Assembly (NCBI GenBank): GCA_002269645.1
Contig: NIVC01000013.1
Span: 930,001 to 994,000 of the forward strand
Length of the DNA stretch: 64,000 bases
Direction: 5' to 3'
Source: Macrostomum lignano
Lineage: Eukaryota
The notes below the pieces were generated by a model. It was not told the origin of the DNA. It did not search any database and was given only the letters and a program-made list of their open reading frames with translations. Made by a program: the position numbers and the translations under genes. The stretch's first letter is position 1. Every line of letters begins with the position of its first letter. Below are positions 32,552 through 45,209 of the stretch, piece by piece.

Positions 32552-32557
32552 AATAAA
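32552..32557 (+). terminator. Candidate polyadenylation signal AATAAA of the SLC26 gene
   Basis: AATAAA about 130 nt after the stop, followed by T-rich sequence. Confidence 0.5.
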
Positions 32558-32659
32558 ATTATTAAATGTTAACTGAAATTTAGTAGAGTTCAGATATTGT
32601 TTCTTAAATGAGCTTGTACCTTAATTTGAATGTTCAAGTACGGCTATTAAAACTGATTA

Positions 32660-33530
32660 ATCCTGTCAGTTGGGGTTGTCACCAGTTAGTTGGGGTTGTC
32701 ACCACTCAGTTTGGGTTTTCACCTGTCAGTTGGGGTTTTCACCTGTCAGTTGAGCTTGTTATCAGTCAGTTGGGGTTTTCACCTGTCAGTTGGGGTTTTC
32801 ACCTGTCAGTTTGGGTTTTCACCTGTCAGTTGAGGTTGTCACCAGTCAGTTGGGGTTTTCACCTGTCAGTTTAGGTTGTTACCAGTCAGTTGGGGTTTTC
32901 ACCTGTCAGTTGGGGTTGTCATCAGTCAGTTCAGGTATTCACCAGTCAGTTGGGGTTGTCACATGTCAGCTGGGTTTGGCACCTGTCAGTTGGGGTTTGT
33001 CACGTGTCAGTTGGCTATCACAGATGGGATGCCACCTGTGTTAGTTGAGGTAGTCTCCTGTGCACATTTAGATTTGTCTCCTGTTCACATTTAGATTTGT
33101 CTCCTGTTCACATTTAGATTTGTCACATGTGCACATTTAGATTTGTCACCTGTGTCACATTTATATTTGTCACCTGTGTCACATTTAGATTTGTCACCTG
33201 TGTCACATTTAGATTTGTCACCTGTGTCACATTTAGATTTGTCACCTGTGTCACATTTAGATTTGTCACCTGTGTCACATTTAGATTTGTCACCTGTGCA
33301 CATTTAGATTTGTCACCTGTGTCACATTTAGATTTGTCACCTGTGTCATATTTAGATTTGTCTCCTGTGTCACATTTAGATTTGTCACCTGTGCACATTT
33401 AGATTTGTCACCTGTGTCACATTTAGATTTGTCACCTGTGTCACATTTAGATTTGTCACCTGTGTCACATTTAGATTTGTCACCTGTGCACATTTAGACT
33501 TGTCACCTGTGTCACATTTAGATTTGTCAC
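32660..33530. repeat. Adjacent 20-bp (cacctgtcagttggggtttt) and 24-bp (tgtcacatttagatttgtcacctg) minisatellites
   Basis: Direct inspection; the two units share the tcacctg core. Confidence 0.92.
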
Positions 33531-33951
33531 AGTCAGTTAAGATGTGTCTGTCACCCCTCAGTTGTTTCTTAGGAATCACCCATCAACCAAGCAGAGGTGC
33601 TGAATTCCGGTTAGTCCAGCTAACAAAATAAAACAAAATTGCAATGTGTGAAAAGACAAAAAGCTGATAGAAGCAAAATTGCAAGCGATATTTTCGGTTT
33701 AGAAATACCCAATTTTAGCAACACAAAATAATACACAAATATAATTTGAAGAATAAATTTCTCCACTTGTAAATAACAGCAAGGCAGCACAATACAACAT
33801 TAAAAAAGAGGATCTTGTATTGACAGAAAGAAGTGCTATACCCGGTATTGAAAAGTGAGCGTTAAGTTAACTGAATAAGGAAGCCAGAGAAGGTATCTGG
33901 GGTTGTCAACAAATACTCGATTCAAATCTCGCCAGGAAAGAAAGCAGAGCT

Positions 33952-33952
33952 C

Positions 33953-34023
<71 letters not shown>
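33952..34023. repeat. (CAA)24 microsatellite
   Basis: Perfect run; source of the poly-V and poly-C ORFs. Confidence 0.97.
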
Positions 34024-34025
<2 letters not shown>

Positions 34026-34699
34026 TAAAAATGCAACTTTGAGGCCAAAATATCGCAGGACAGAAATATAGATTTTAAGTAAGCAGTCATATTTAAAATT
34101 TGTAACCATTTTCCGAGGAAAAAATCCCTCTGCTCTACTATTAGTAGCATGAAAATTTATATTGGAATCAGATCGATTTAAAATTAGAAATATACAAATA
34201 AATAAAATTATACATAAATTTAAAGGAATTGTGCACAACAACCTACTGTGAGTAGTAGGATAAGTAGTAGCGAATGTGTGTACAAATTTTACGTTATATA
34301 TACCATATAATAGTCTTTATGTGTGCAATTTCCAAGCTAAAAAACTGTATCTAACAAGTTTAGTTAATACCGAACAACATAGATTTATACAATATTCAGT
34401 TCGTGGCCTCATTCGAATAACAAGTATTTGTGAAAAAAAGCGTTAATGATAATTTCGAAAAGAGCAAGTTCTTTGCAAGCAATATCTGTATGAGTATTAT
34501 GCGTGGAGTTTTTAGAGTGCAACTAGAAAATCTGTTTTTCTTCATTGATAAAAGTTGTAAGCAACGCGATTAAATCATACAAAACACTAGAACAGATAAA
34601 GACAAGAATTGCTTTAATATTATAGGACTCTATAAGAGGTGGTTCAATAGAAGAATTTACAGGTAGAATTTCAGGTTCAAGTTTGATAATGGGACGGGA

Positions 34700-35300
34700 G
34701 CATTGGGATCTAGAGTATGGGATTTGAGGTATGGGATCTGAGAGAATGGGATTTGGAGGGGATGGGATCTGAGAGAATGGGAGTTGAGGGGATGGGATCT
34801 GAGAGAATGGGATTTGGGGGGATGGGATCTGAGAGAATGGGATTTGGGGGGATGGGATCTGAGAGGATGGGATTTGGGGGATGGGATCTGAGAGAATGGG
34901 ATTTGGGGGGATGGGATCTGAGAGAATGGGATTTGGGGGGATGGGATCTGAGAGAATGGGATTTGGGGGGATGGGATCTGAGAGAATGGGATTTGGGGGG
35001 ATGGGATCTGAGAGAATGGGATTTGGAGGGGATGGAATCTGAGAGAATGGGAGTTGAGGGGATAGGATCTGAGAGGATGGGAGTTGTGGGGATAGGATCT
35101 GAGAGGATGGGATTTGGGGGATGGGATCTGAGATAATGAAAGTTGGGGGGATGGGATCTGAGAGAATGGGATTTGGAGGGGATGGGATCTGAGAGAATGG
35201 GATTTGGAGGGGATGGGATTTGGGGGGATGGGATCTGAGAGGATGGGATTTGAGGGGATGGGATTTAATGAACTGGGATTTAAATTGAATTGGATCTGAT
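34700..35300. repeat. G-rich 30-bp minisatellite (gggatctgagagaatgggatttggggggat)
   Basis: Direct inspection. Confidence 0.93.
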
Positions 35301-35405
35301 GAGATGGGATCTGAAGAATTCGAATGGTGTATCGCAGAAAATCAGATTAAATCCAATAAAAAAGCTACAGTTGCAAACAGAATAGTTCTCCCAGTCCTCC
35401 CATAG

Positions 35406-38400
35406 CTAGATCCCACAATAGTTAGGCAAGTCCTCAAACGCCGCCAGCACCGGCTGCTGTTGAGACCCGCTATCGAGTAAGTCGGCAACGATCCGGTGCC
35501 AGGGCAGGCTAACGCAGGTCAGACAGGCGGACAGGCCGATGGAGCTGGCTCGGCGGCGCTCTTTGAACCAGTGCCAGGCCTGGCCCCAGATGCCGCCGCC
35601 GGCGCTTTGGTCGTCCAGCTCCTCCTCGATGCCGCGCGACTCCACCTCGGCGTTGGAAGCGACAGCACCGACGGTGGCGGCGGCCGAGGTTGAGGAAGCC
35701 GTCGTAGCGTCGACAACATTCTCCGAGTCTGAGCGCGACTTCTTCATCAGGCCGGAGAGGCCCCACGAGCGAAGCGAGGCGGCACTGCCGACGCGACTTG
35801 GCGGCTTGCCGGAGCCCCTGAACTGCTGGTGCGGCTGTTGCTGCTGCTGCTGCCGATTTGTGCCGGAGAATCGGCGAGTCCGACGGGGACCGGCTTCGAC
35901 TTCGTCGCTGGGATAGTCCAGCTGCTGCTGATGATAATTCTGAGTAGCCAGGGTGGTCGCGAGTTCGCTCTCTGGCGTCGGCGGCGCCGCTTCGGCGCGC
36001 GAGACGGCGACCTCGGCGCGGCCTTTGCCGCGGGGACCGCGCATGCGCAGGAACTCGACGCGACGAGGGGCGCGGAACCAGGTGGACGGCTGGTAGGCTG
36101 AGAAGCTGGGGTGGGGTTGGTTGCTGGTAAGGATTTGGTATTGTAGCTTGGGATTTGAGATTTTGGATTTGGGATTTTAGCATGGGATTTGGGAATGTAG
36201 CTTGGGATTTGGGATTGTAGCTTGGGATTTGAGATTTTGGATTTGGGATTTTAGCATGGGATTTGGGAATGTAGCTTGGGATTTGGGATTGTAGCTTGGG
36301 ATTTGAGATTTGGGATTTGGGATTTTAGCATGGGATTTGGGATTGTAGCTTGGGAGTTGGGATTTTAGCATGGGATTTGGGATTGTAGCTTGGGATTTGA
36401 GATTTTAGCATGGGATTTGGGATTGTAGCTTGGGAGTTGGGATTTGGGATTAGGATCTTAGCTTGGGATTTGGGTATTGGGTTTGTTGCTTGGGATTCGG
36501 GATTGTAGCTTGGGATTCGGGATTGTAGCTTGGGATTCGGGTTTATTGCTAGGGATTTGGGGTTGTAGCTTGGGATTTGGGATTGTAGCTTGGGATTTGA
36601 GATTGTACGAGAGTAGCTTGGGATTTGGGGTTGTATTTTGGGATTTGGGATTGTAGCTTGGGATTCGGGATTGTAGCTTGGGATTTGGGATTGCAGTTTG
36701 GGATTTGGGATTGTAGCTTGGGATTTGGGATTTGTAGCTTGGGATTTGGAATTGCGGTTTGGGATTTGGGGTTGTAGCTTTGTATTAGGGATTGTAGCTA
36801 TGTATATATGAGATTTGGGATTTGGGATTTTAGCTTGGGATTTTCATTCAACCCAGGATTAGTTGGGAATTTGGGATTTTTTTCGGTGGTATATTTTCGC
36901 TAAGACTTGGGAAGAATCTCACCCTCGGCTCACCTGGACGCGCTCTTGGCCTGATAGACATCCAAGATAGCTTCGTACCGGACGCTGCCCAGAAACAGAA
37001 CGCCCTGGAATTCACCCAGCCGGTCTCTCGCCACCAGTTCGACGCAGATTAGCTCAGAGTCGTGAACAACGCAGTCGGTAAATAAATCGTCGTAATTGTG
37101 AATGCTGAACACGATGTCGGGATAAGTGATCTCCTCCCTGCTGGCCTTGCCGTCCATGCAGTGCCGGCTGGGACTGGCGAACACTTGAGTTGAGAACCGC
37201 TTCAGTATCTGCAGTTGTTTGGCTCCAGTTCTGGTGCACACGGCGCAGGTGACCGTGTAGCTGAAGTGCTGCATTATCAGGTTCAGGTAGACGCTCTCCT
37301 CCACGTCTATTAACTGGTCGGACAGGATCTGTGAGTTGGGAAATTGTTTGTGAACGATATCGATATAGATCTAAATATAATTAGCGAATCTACCTTCACT
37401 GAAGTACGTGCATTGAGCAGTGGTGAATGGGGTTTAGAATCCGCGAATGGGGTCTAAAATCCGGGAATGGGGTCTAGAATCGGTGAATGAGATGTTGAAT
37501 TGGTGAATGAGGTCCAGAATCCGTGAATGGGGTTTAGAATCCGCGAATGGGGTCTAAAATCCGGGAATGGGGTCTAGAATCGGTGAATAAGATGTTGAAT
37601 TGGTGAATGAGGTCCAGAATCCGTGAATGGGGCCTATAATCTGTGAATGTGGTTCGAAATAGTGAATGGGGTATAGAATCGGTAAATAAGGTGTTGAAAT
37701 GGTGAATGGGGTCTAGAATCCGTGAATGGGGTATTGGAATGGTGTTTGGGGTCTAGAAACCGTGAATGTGGTTTTTAAAATGGTGAATGGGGTCTAGAAT
37801 CGGTGAATGAGATGTTGAATTGGTGAATGAGGTCCAGAATCCGTGAATGGGGCCTATAATCTGTGAATGTGGTTCGAAATAGTGAATGGGGTCTAGAATC
37901 GGTAAATAAGGTGTTGAAATGGTGAATGGGGTCCAGAATCCGTGAATGGGGTTGTTAAAATGGTGAATGGGGTCTAGAATCGGTGAATGAGATGTTAAAA
38001 TGGTGAATGGGGTCTAGAATCGGTGAATGGAATGTTAAAATGGTGAATGGGGTCTAGAATCGGTGAATGAGTCGTTGAAATAGTGATTGAGGTCTAGAAT
38101 CGGTGAATGAGTCGTTGAAATAGTGATTGAGGTCTAGAATCGGTGAATGAGTCGTTGAAATAGTGATTGGGGTCTATAATCAGTGGATGGGACCAAAGAT
38201 TTGTGAATGAAGTGTTGCTTTGGTGAATGGAATCTAGCATCAATAAATAAGGTCTAGAATCTGTGAATCAGTGAGTGTATAATTGGTGAATGAATTGTCA
38301 AGTAGGTGAACAGAAAGGACAGCTACTCACCTGCCTATAATTATGCTGCCACTTCCTATGCACCTCAATGCTTCTTTCGTTGTCGCCCTCCCTGGAGTCC

Positions 38401-38657
38401 TTACGTCTTCTAACGTAGAATACCAGATCGTCTTTCAAATCGCCATTTGCTGGCGCAGACCCGCCGCCGTTCACTGAACGCTCGTCCTCTTCTAAGAAGT
38501 GCGCAATTAGCAGATTGGTCCAGAATCGGCTCCGGCCGTCCGGTCCGTTGCCGTTGGATTTGCCTCGCTCAGCGCTAATTGAGGACAGAATGAGCTGCAG
38601 CGAGCTGCTCCTAGTCAGCTGACTGCCCACCGCCGCTGATGACGACGACTCGCCATC
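35406..38657 (-). CDS. KIAA0930: KIAA0930 (C22orf9) homologue; complement(join(35406..36105,36934..37328,38331..>38657)); 5' end unresolved
   Basis: RFWTNLLIAHF, DDLVFYVRR, IDVEESVYLNLI, VTCAVCTR, QVFASPS, ITYPDIVF, CVELVA, FQGVLFLGSVRYEA, EFLRMRGPRGKGRAEVAVSR and LPWHRIVADLL match the family. Junction phases are consistent. No in-frame ATG seen in the 5' exon. Confidence 0.9.
36130..36850. repeat. Degenerate gggatttgggattgtagctt minisatellite in a KIAA0930 intron
   Basis: Direct inspection. Confidence 0.9.
37420..38300. repeat. Degenerate about 20/40-bp repeat (tggtgaatggggtctagaatc) with higher-order duplications in a KIAA0930 intron
   Basis: Direct inspection. Confidence 0.85.
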
Positions 38658-38769
38658 CTGCGGCGGCGGAGTCGGCGACGGGCCTATATTGAACCGGACT
38701 GGTGGGTCCGCCAGCTTCTTTTCGAGTTACTTAGAACTTTCGGCTGATTTAGCTGGATATTGGGTACTG

Positions 38770-39140
38770 CCGTTTCAGGAATTGGAATTGTGTACATTCG
38801 ATTGGAGTGAGGTGGGTGGGTGTGTACATTGGATCGGAGTGAGGTGGGTGGGTGTGTACATTGAATTGGAGTGGAGTGCGTTGTTGTGTACAGTGGATTG
38901 GAGTGAGTCGGTTGTTGTGTACATTGGATTGGAGTGGGGTGGGTTGTTGTGTACTCATACATTGCATTGGAGTGAGGTGGTTGGGTGTGTAAATTGGATC
39001 GGAATGAGGTGGGTGGGTGTGTACATTGGATTGGAGTGGGGTGGGTTGTTGTGTACTCATACATTGCATTGGAGTGAGGTGGTTGGGTGTGTAAATTGGA
39101 TCGGAATGAGGTGGGTGGGTGTGTACATTGGATGGGAGTG
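38770..39140. repeat. GT-rich degenerate repeat (gtgtacattggattggagtgaggtgggtgg)
   Basis: Direct inspection. Confidence 0.8.
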
Positions 39141-39638
39141 AGATGGGTGAGTGTGCAAATTGTATTGGAGACGAGTGAAGTGAGATGAACTAATCAGTTG
39201 AATGTTATAAACTGTGCAGGAACGAAGACTCAGCATAAGAATAAATGGATAATAAATTCGAGACAAACAAGTTAAAAACAAAATATTGTACTACACGTAG
39301 TCGAACAAGAATTTATATTTTTTTCTACAACACTACGCGACATATTTTTCTGCGATGGCAAAAATACCAAATCGGTAGTGAGTACTCTACTGAGCGTGAA
39401 CGAAAATGACTGCTTCATCTCCAAAGCTGACTTCATCAACAGTATGTCATTACCAGACAACAGTTTACGAAGAGAAATTCTTAAACTCTGCTAGACGTAT
39501 TACACCCTAATTAATACCTAATTCTGTGGAGAAAGCACAACAATCATCTCCTGCTTAATATCTACTAGAAAAACCTCAATACAGTTTCTATCAAGACAGC
39601 AATTATAAGAATACTTGGCCTAATTCAATAAGCAAGTA

Positions 39639-40529
39639 CTATCGCACAGGCCTGTGCACAGTCTCGTCTACGCCGTCCAATTTTGAAGCGAATCTAGCCG
39701 CTGTGAATAGAAAATCGCTTAATCGATTTACGTAGGCGTAAACCGACGGTTCTAAGTGACCGGAAGCGCCACCGGAAGTGCCACCGGAAGAGCCACTGGA
39801 AGTGCCACCGGAAATGCCACCGGAAGTGCTACCGGAAGTGCCACCGGAAGCGCCACCGGAAGTGCTACCGGAAGTGCTACCGGAAGCGTCACCGGAAGTG
39901 CCACCAAAAGCGCCACCGGAAGTGTCCAACAAACAGGCTAACGATCGTTCAGCCCGACGACAAACTGCCCTAGCAACGTGCAGCCGAGCTCCAACCGAAC
40001 TGCCAGACGGCAGAATGAACTGGCGCAGCGGAGGCAGTTCACTCGTATACTCGTCAATCCAAGCTTCCAATTCCTTGGCTAATTCCGTAGGGAAATCGCT
40101 CCGATCTAAATGGAATTGCCGAGCGGCTGGGGAGCCTCTTGGTGTTGCTACGCAGGACATGCACTCCTGCAGCAGGCACTGCACTCTGATCAATCTGTCA
40201 AGAAGTTCCCTACGCAACTGTTCATCAGCTGCATCTTCTAAGCCGCGCCAATCGGCAATAGCGACACCGAGTTGAGCTGACAGCTCATCTAAGCAGCCTA
40301 GAGCGTCAAATATTGGATCAGTTTTCGGCCGGCGTTCGCCAGTGAACAGGGCGCTGGTGCCGCGATCACCTGTACGAGTATAGATCTTCATCTGCCGGCT
40401 TGGCTGAGCACGGATGCTGTGCGATGACAGGCGAGGCCGTTCTGCAGCGACAGCGGAGACTTGCAGGCTCCTCAGTAGGCAGCGCGGAGCCCCACAAGCC
40501 AGCAGTCGGGACAGACGTTGGGCGGCCAT
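39639..40529 (-). CDS. MMAB: Cob(I)alamin adenosyltransferase (PduO type) with mitochondrial presequence; intronless, 296 aa including a Gly/Ser/Thr insert
   Basis: KIYTRTGDRGTSALFTGERRPK, GCLDELSAQLG, LPPLRQFILPSG, LHVARAVCRRAER and YVNRLSDFLFTAAR, preceded by an Arg/Leu/Ser-rich N-terminus. Confidence 0.96.
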   Translation of the reverse strand: MAAQRLSRLLACGAPRCLLRSLQVSAVAAERPRLSSHSIRAQPSRQMKIYTRTGDRGTSALFTGERRPKTDPIFDALGCLDELSAQLGVAIADWRGLEDAADEQLRRELLDRLIRVQCLLQECMSCVATPRGSPAARQFHLDRSDFPTELAKELEAWIDEYTSELPPLRQFILPSGSSVGARLHVARAVCRRAERSLACLLDTSGGAFGGTSGDASGSTSGSTSGGASGGTSGSTSGGISGGTSSGSSGGTSGGASGHLEPSVYAYVNRLSDFLFTAARFASKLDGVDETVHRPVR

Positions 40530-41014
40530 GAAGTTAAAACCATTTTTAAAAAGTAAAAGCTAGATAATAAAATACCCTATTAGCTTGGCCTTATCTGAGC
40601 CAAAGAATTTCTAAGAAAGATAAGACCAAAACAACATTTTTAGCAGTCAAAAAAGTTGGCTGAAAACTGCATTATTTTATATTTTACTATAATAGAGCCA
40701 GTGTAAACCCTACCACAGGTGAGCACGTCAAAAATTTAGCACGCTGTTTCAAAACAATCAAAAAAATTTTAATTGAAAAAATTAAAAACAACAGTACAGG
40801 TAAGTAGACAGACCTGATTAGAAAAGCATTAGGCTGATAAAATAGTGCAATCACGACGATATTATGAAATATGAAGCTAAATTTAAAGAAAAATAATGGA
40901 AAACCGGACAACTATAACTAACTCTTCTTAGTAACCGAGATGCTAACGGAATTTTATTCAACTAAGACAGCAGCCAATTACGCCGACCCCTGAGCACGTC
41001 TAGTAGAGAACATC

Positions 41015-41640
41015 TATCTAGCGGCGCTAAACTGTACATGTATCTAGCGGCGCTAAACTGTACATGTATCTAGCGGCGCTAAACTGTACATGTATCTAGC
41101 GGCGCTAAACTGTACATGTATCTAGCGGCGCTAAACTGTACATGTATCTAGCGGCGCTAAACTCTATCTAGCGGACCTAAACTGTATCTAGCGACGCTAA
41201 ACTCTATCTAACGGCGCTAAACTCTATCTAGCGGCGCTAAACTCTATCTAGCGGCGCTAAACTCTATCTAGCGGACCTAAACTGTATCTAGCGACGCTAA
41301 ACTCTATCTAACGGCGCTAAACTCTATCTAGCGGCGCTAAACTCTATCTAGCGGACCTAAAATCTATCTAGCGGCGCTAAACTCTATCTAGCGGCGCTAA
41401 ACTCTATCTAGCGGACCTAAACTCTATCTAGCGGACCTAAACTCTATCTAGCGGACCTAAAATCTATCTAGCGGACCTAAACTCTATCTAGCGGACCTAA
41501 ACTCTATCTAGCGGACCTAAACTCTATCTAGCGGACCTAAACTCTATCTAGCGGACCTAAACTCTACCTAGAGGCGTTAACATCGACCTAGAGGCGCTGA
41601 ACTGTATTTAGCGGCGCTAAAATCTCCCTATCGGCGCTAC
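41015..41640. repeat. 26-bp then 20-bp minisatellite (tatctagcggcgctaaact...)
   Basis: Direct inspection. Confidence 0.93.
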
Positions 41641-41768
41641 GAGTATAATCGAGACTGCAGTGCTAAAATCTAACCAGCGACTATCAAACTCAGAAAAAAA
41701 TCATGAAATCAATCAAGCCATTTGCATTACAAAAAGCTAACACTGAAAAGCCGCAAGCAAACAAACTG

Positions 41769-44700
41769 TTAACTAAACGAGTCTTCAGACAAGCCCAAGA
41801 AGCGCAGACCGTTACGCCACAGTAATTTATTACGCGTAGACTGCGGCATAGACCGGCCCTGGTCGCAGATCAATTTGCCGGGATTAGCTTCCCCTAACGG
41901 GAACGGATAATCCGATCCTAAACAGACGTAATCTTCTCCCATTACGTCAACTAACAGGCTTAGAGCGCGGCTATCGTGAACCAGCGAATCCGCGTATAGA
42001 CTGCCGCAGCCTAGAAAGTCAGACGGGGCGGCAGAGCAGTCTCTGGCGCACAGGTCCGGCCGGACGGCGTGGCCGTGATCGATCCGGCCGATGGTGTAGG
42101 GCAGCGAGCCGGCGCCGTGCGCCAGGCAGATTCGCAGGCGCGGGTGCCGCTGCAACAGGCCCGACATCAGGATCTCGGCGGCCGCCTGGGGAGTTTAGCG
42201 GACGGGTGGTTGCTGAGCGTCACTACTATACCATTTCGAACTCAAGTTACTTAATTCGAACTAATCCGACTGACAGCCTTGTCTCCGTTTGCTGGGCGTG
42301 ACATGACACAGTTATATTCCTCTCCCTCCTCCCCTTTCTCTCCCTTCTCCCTCCTCACCTGCGTCTCTCTCCCTCCTCACCTGCGTCTCTCTCCCTCCTC
42401 CCCTGCGTCTCTCTCCCTCCTCACCTGCGTCTCTCTCCCTCCTCACCTGCGTCTCTCTCCCTCCTCACCTGCGTCTCTCTCCCTCCTCACCTGCGTCTCT
42501 CTCCCTCCTCACCTGCGTCTCTCTCCCTCCTCACCTGCGTCTCTCTCCCTCCTCACCTGCGTCTCTCTCCCTCCTCACCTGCGTCTCTCTCCCTCCTCAC
42601 CTGCGTCTCTCTCCCTCCTCACCTGCGTCTCTCTCCCTCCTCACCTGCGTCTCTCTCCCTCCTCACCTGCGTCTCTCTCCCTCCTCACCTGCGTCTCTCT
42701 CCCTCCTCACCTGCGTCTCTCTCCCTCCTCACCTGCGTCTCTCTCCCTCCTCACCTGCGTCTCTCTCCCTCCTCACCTGCGTCTCTCTCCCTCCTCACCT
42801 GCGTCTCTCTCCCTCCTCACCTGCGTCTCTCTCCCTCCTCATCTGCGTCTCTCTCCCTCCTCACCTGCGTCTCTCTCCCTCCTCCCCTGCGTCTCTGCCC
42901 CTCCTCACCTGCGTCTCTCTCCCTCCTCACCTGCGTCTCTCTCCCTCCTCACCTGCGTCTCTCTCCCTCCTCACCTGAGTCTCTCTCCCTCCTCACCTGC
43001 GCCTCTCTCCATCCTCACCTGCGTCTCTCCCCCTCCTCACCTGCGTCTCTCTCCCTCCTCACATACGTCTCTCTCCTCACCTCTCCCTCTTTCATCTACC
43101 TGTTCGCATAGCATACCTGAGCAGTTTCCGCGGGCATGCCAACCAGCCACTGAGACCAGTACCGGTTCCACCGATCGCCAGTAGGCATATCCCAGGGATG
43201 CACAAACACGCACGCATTTTCAGCTTCGCAGGTAGCCCAGAACGGTTCCAGTTTGGGATCGCCCAATCCCCAATCGTTTACGTGGCTGCCGATTTGCACG
43301 CCTGGTAGGCCCAGATCTCGGCGAATTCGTTTGATCTGGATTAGGTGAAATTTAGCTGACGCTAACAAAGACTGAAATTGGCGCCAACAAAGACTACATT
43401 TTGCTAATATACATTACCGCTATCGATACTTGGATTGAAATTGGCGTCAACCCTGAATTTTAGACTGAAATTGGCGCCAACCCTAATTTTAGACTGAAAT
43501 TGGCGCCAACCCTAAATTTTAGAAATTGGCGCCAACCCTAAATTTTAGACTGAAATTGGCGCTAACAAAGACTACACTTCGCTAATATACATTACCGCTA
43601 TCGATACTTGGATTGAAATTGGCGCCAACCCTGAATTTTAGACTGAAATTGGCGCCAACCTTAAATTTTAGACTGAAATTGGCGCCAACCCTGAATTTTA
43701 GACTGAAATTGGCACAAACCTTAAATTTTAGACTGAAATTGGCACCAACCATAATTTTAGACTGAAATTGGCGCCAACCCTGAATTTTAGAGTGAAATTG
43801 GCGCCAACCCTAAATTTTAGAAATTGGCGCCAACCCTAAATTTTAGACTGAAATTGGCGCTAACAAAGACTACACTTCGCTAATATACATTACCGCTATC
43901 GATACTTGGATTGAAATTGGCGCCAACCCTGAATTTTAGACTGAAATTGGCGCCAACCTTAAATTTTAGACTGAACTTGGCGCCAACCCTGACTTTTAGG
44001 CTGAAATTGGCGGCAACCCTGAATTTTAGACTGAACTTGGCGCCAACCCTAAATTTTAGACTGAATTTGGCGCCAACCCTGAATTTTAGACTGAAATTGG
44101 CGCCAACCCTGAATTTTAGACTGAAATTGGCGCCAACCCTAAATTTTAGACTGAAATTGGCGCCAACCCTAAATTTTAGACTGAAATTGGCGCCAACCCT
44201 GAATTTTAGACTGAAACTAGCGCCAACCCTGACTTTTAGGCTGAACTTGGCGCCAACCCTAAATTTTAGACTGAAATTGGCGCCAACCCTGAATTTTAGA
44301 CTGAAATTGGCGCCAACCCTAAATTTTAGACTGAACTTGGCGCCAACCCCAAATTTTGGACTGAACTTGGCGCCAACCTTTAATTTTAGACTGAACTTGG
44401 CGCCAACTTTAAATTTTAGACTGAAATTGGCGCCAAACCTACATTTTAGACTGAAATTGGCGCCAACTCTAAATATTAGATTGAACTTGGCGCCAACCTA
44501 AAATTTTAGACTGAAGCCGGTGCCAAACCTAAATTTTAGACTGAAATCGGCGCCAAACCTAAATTTTAGACTGAAGCCGGTGCCAAACCTAAATTTTAGA
44601 CTGAAGCCGGTGCCAAACCTAAATTTTAGACTGAAGCCGGCGCCAAACCTAAATTTTAGACTGAAGCCAGCGCCAATCAGCTCTAACTGAACTCTAATCC

Positions 44701-45148
44701 ATCAGTTCCCAAACGAACAGACCAAGCCCCACCGAACCTCTTCAACAGCCAGCACAGGATCCTGCATAGCAACAGTGCCTAAGCCGACAAATTTATCCGG
44801 CCTCTGTCTGACGCAGTCGGCAACGTGATCGTTGAGCAGGCGACTCAAATCGGCCGCATCGGCTGGCCTGGCCCAGTAGCTAAACATTACCGGCACAGTT
44901 GACAGAACCTGCACCGACACGCTCGTGTCAGACATGTCAATCAATCTGCGCTCTAAATTCCAACAATTCTCGTCTACAACACGAAACAATTGGCCGTCTT
45001 TGGTCATGTTGGCCTTGCTGGGACAGTCCGGACACGGCTGCAGCTGGACCCAGCCACCGTAGCCGTAACGCTCTGTGAGGTTCGGCCAAGTGTCCGGCAG
45101 GATGTGGGTGTGCAAATCTAAACGCTTGCTGGCATCAGGTTGGGACAT
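41769..45148 (-). CDS. ACMSD: 2-amino-3-carboxymuconate-6-semialdehyde decarboxylase; complement(join(41769..42185,43117..43335,44738..45148)), 348 aa
   Basis: [73 protein letters not shown] and [11 protein letters not shown]. Both introns are phase 0 GT-AG; 1047 nt. Confidence 0.97.
42350..43070. repeat. 22-bp CT-rich minisatellite (ctcctcacctgcgtctctctcc) in ACMSD intron 2
   Basis: Direct inspection. Confidence 0.96.
43370..44680. repeat. 30-bp satellite (gactgaaattggcgccaaccctaaatttta) with three interspersed copies of a 50-bp block, ACMSD intron 1
   Basis: Direct inspection; ctaacaaagactacac...gatacttgga recurs near 43385, 43562 and 43860. Confidence 0.94.
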
Positions 45149-45209
45149 GGCGTTGGCATCGGCAAATTGGGATTTTAAAATTGTAATTTCATAATCCGTC
45201 TTACTGACT

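Noticed and set aside
39639-45148. Horizontal transfer of MMAB/ACMSD as a bacterial-style metabolic operon
   Set aside because: Both resemble the standard animal enzymes; ACMSD has spliceosomal introns and MMAB has a mitochondrial presequence.
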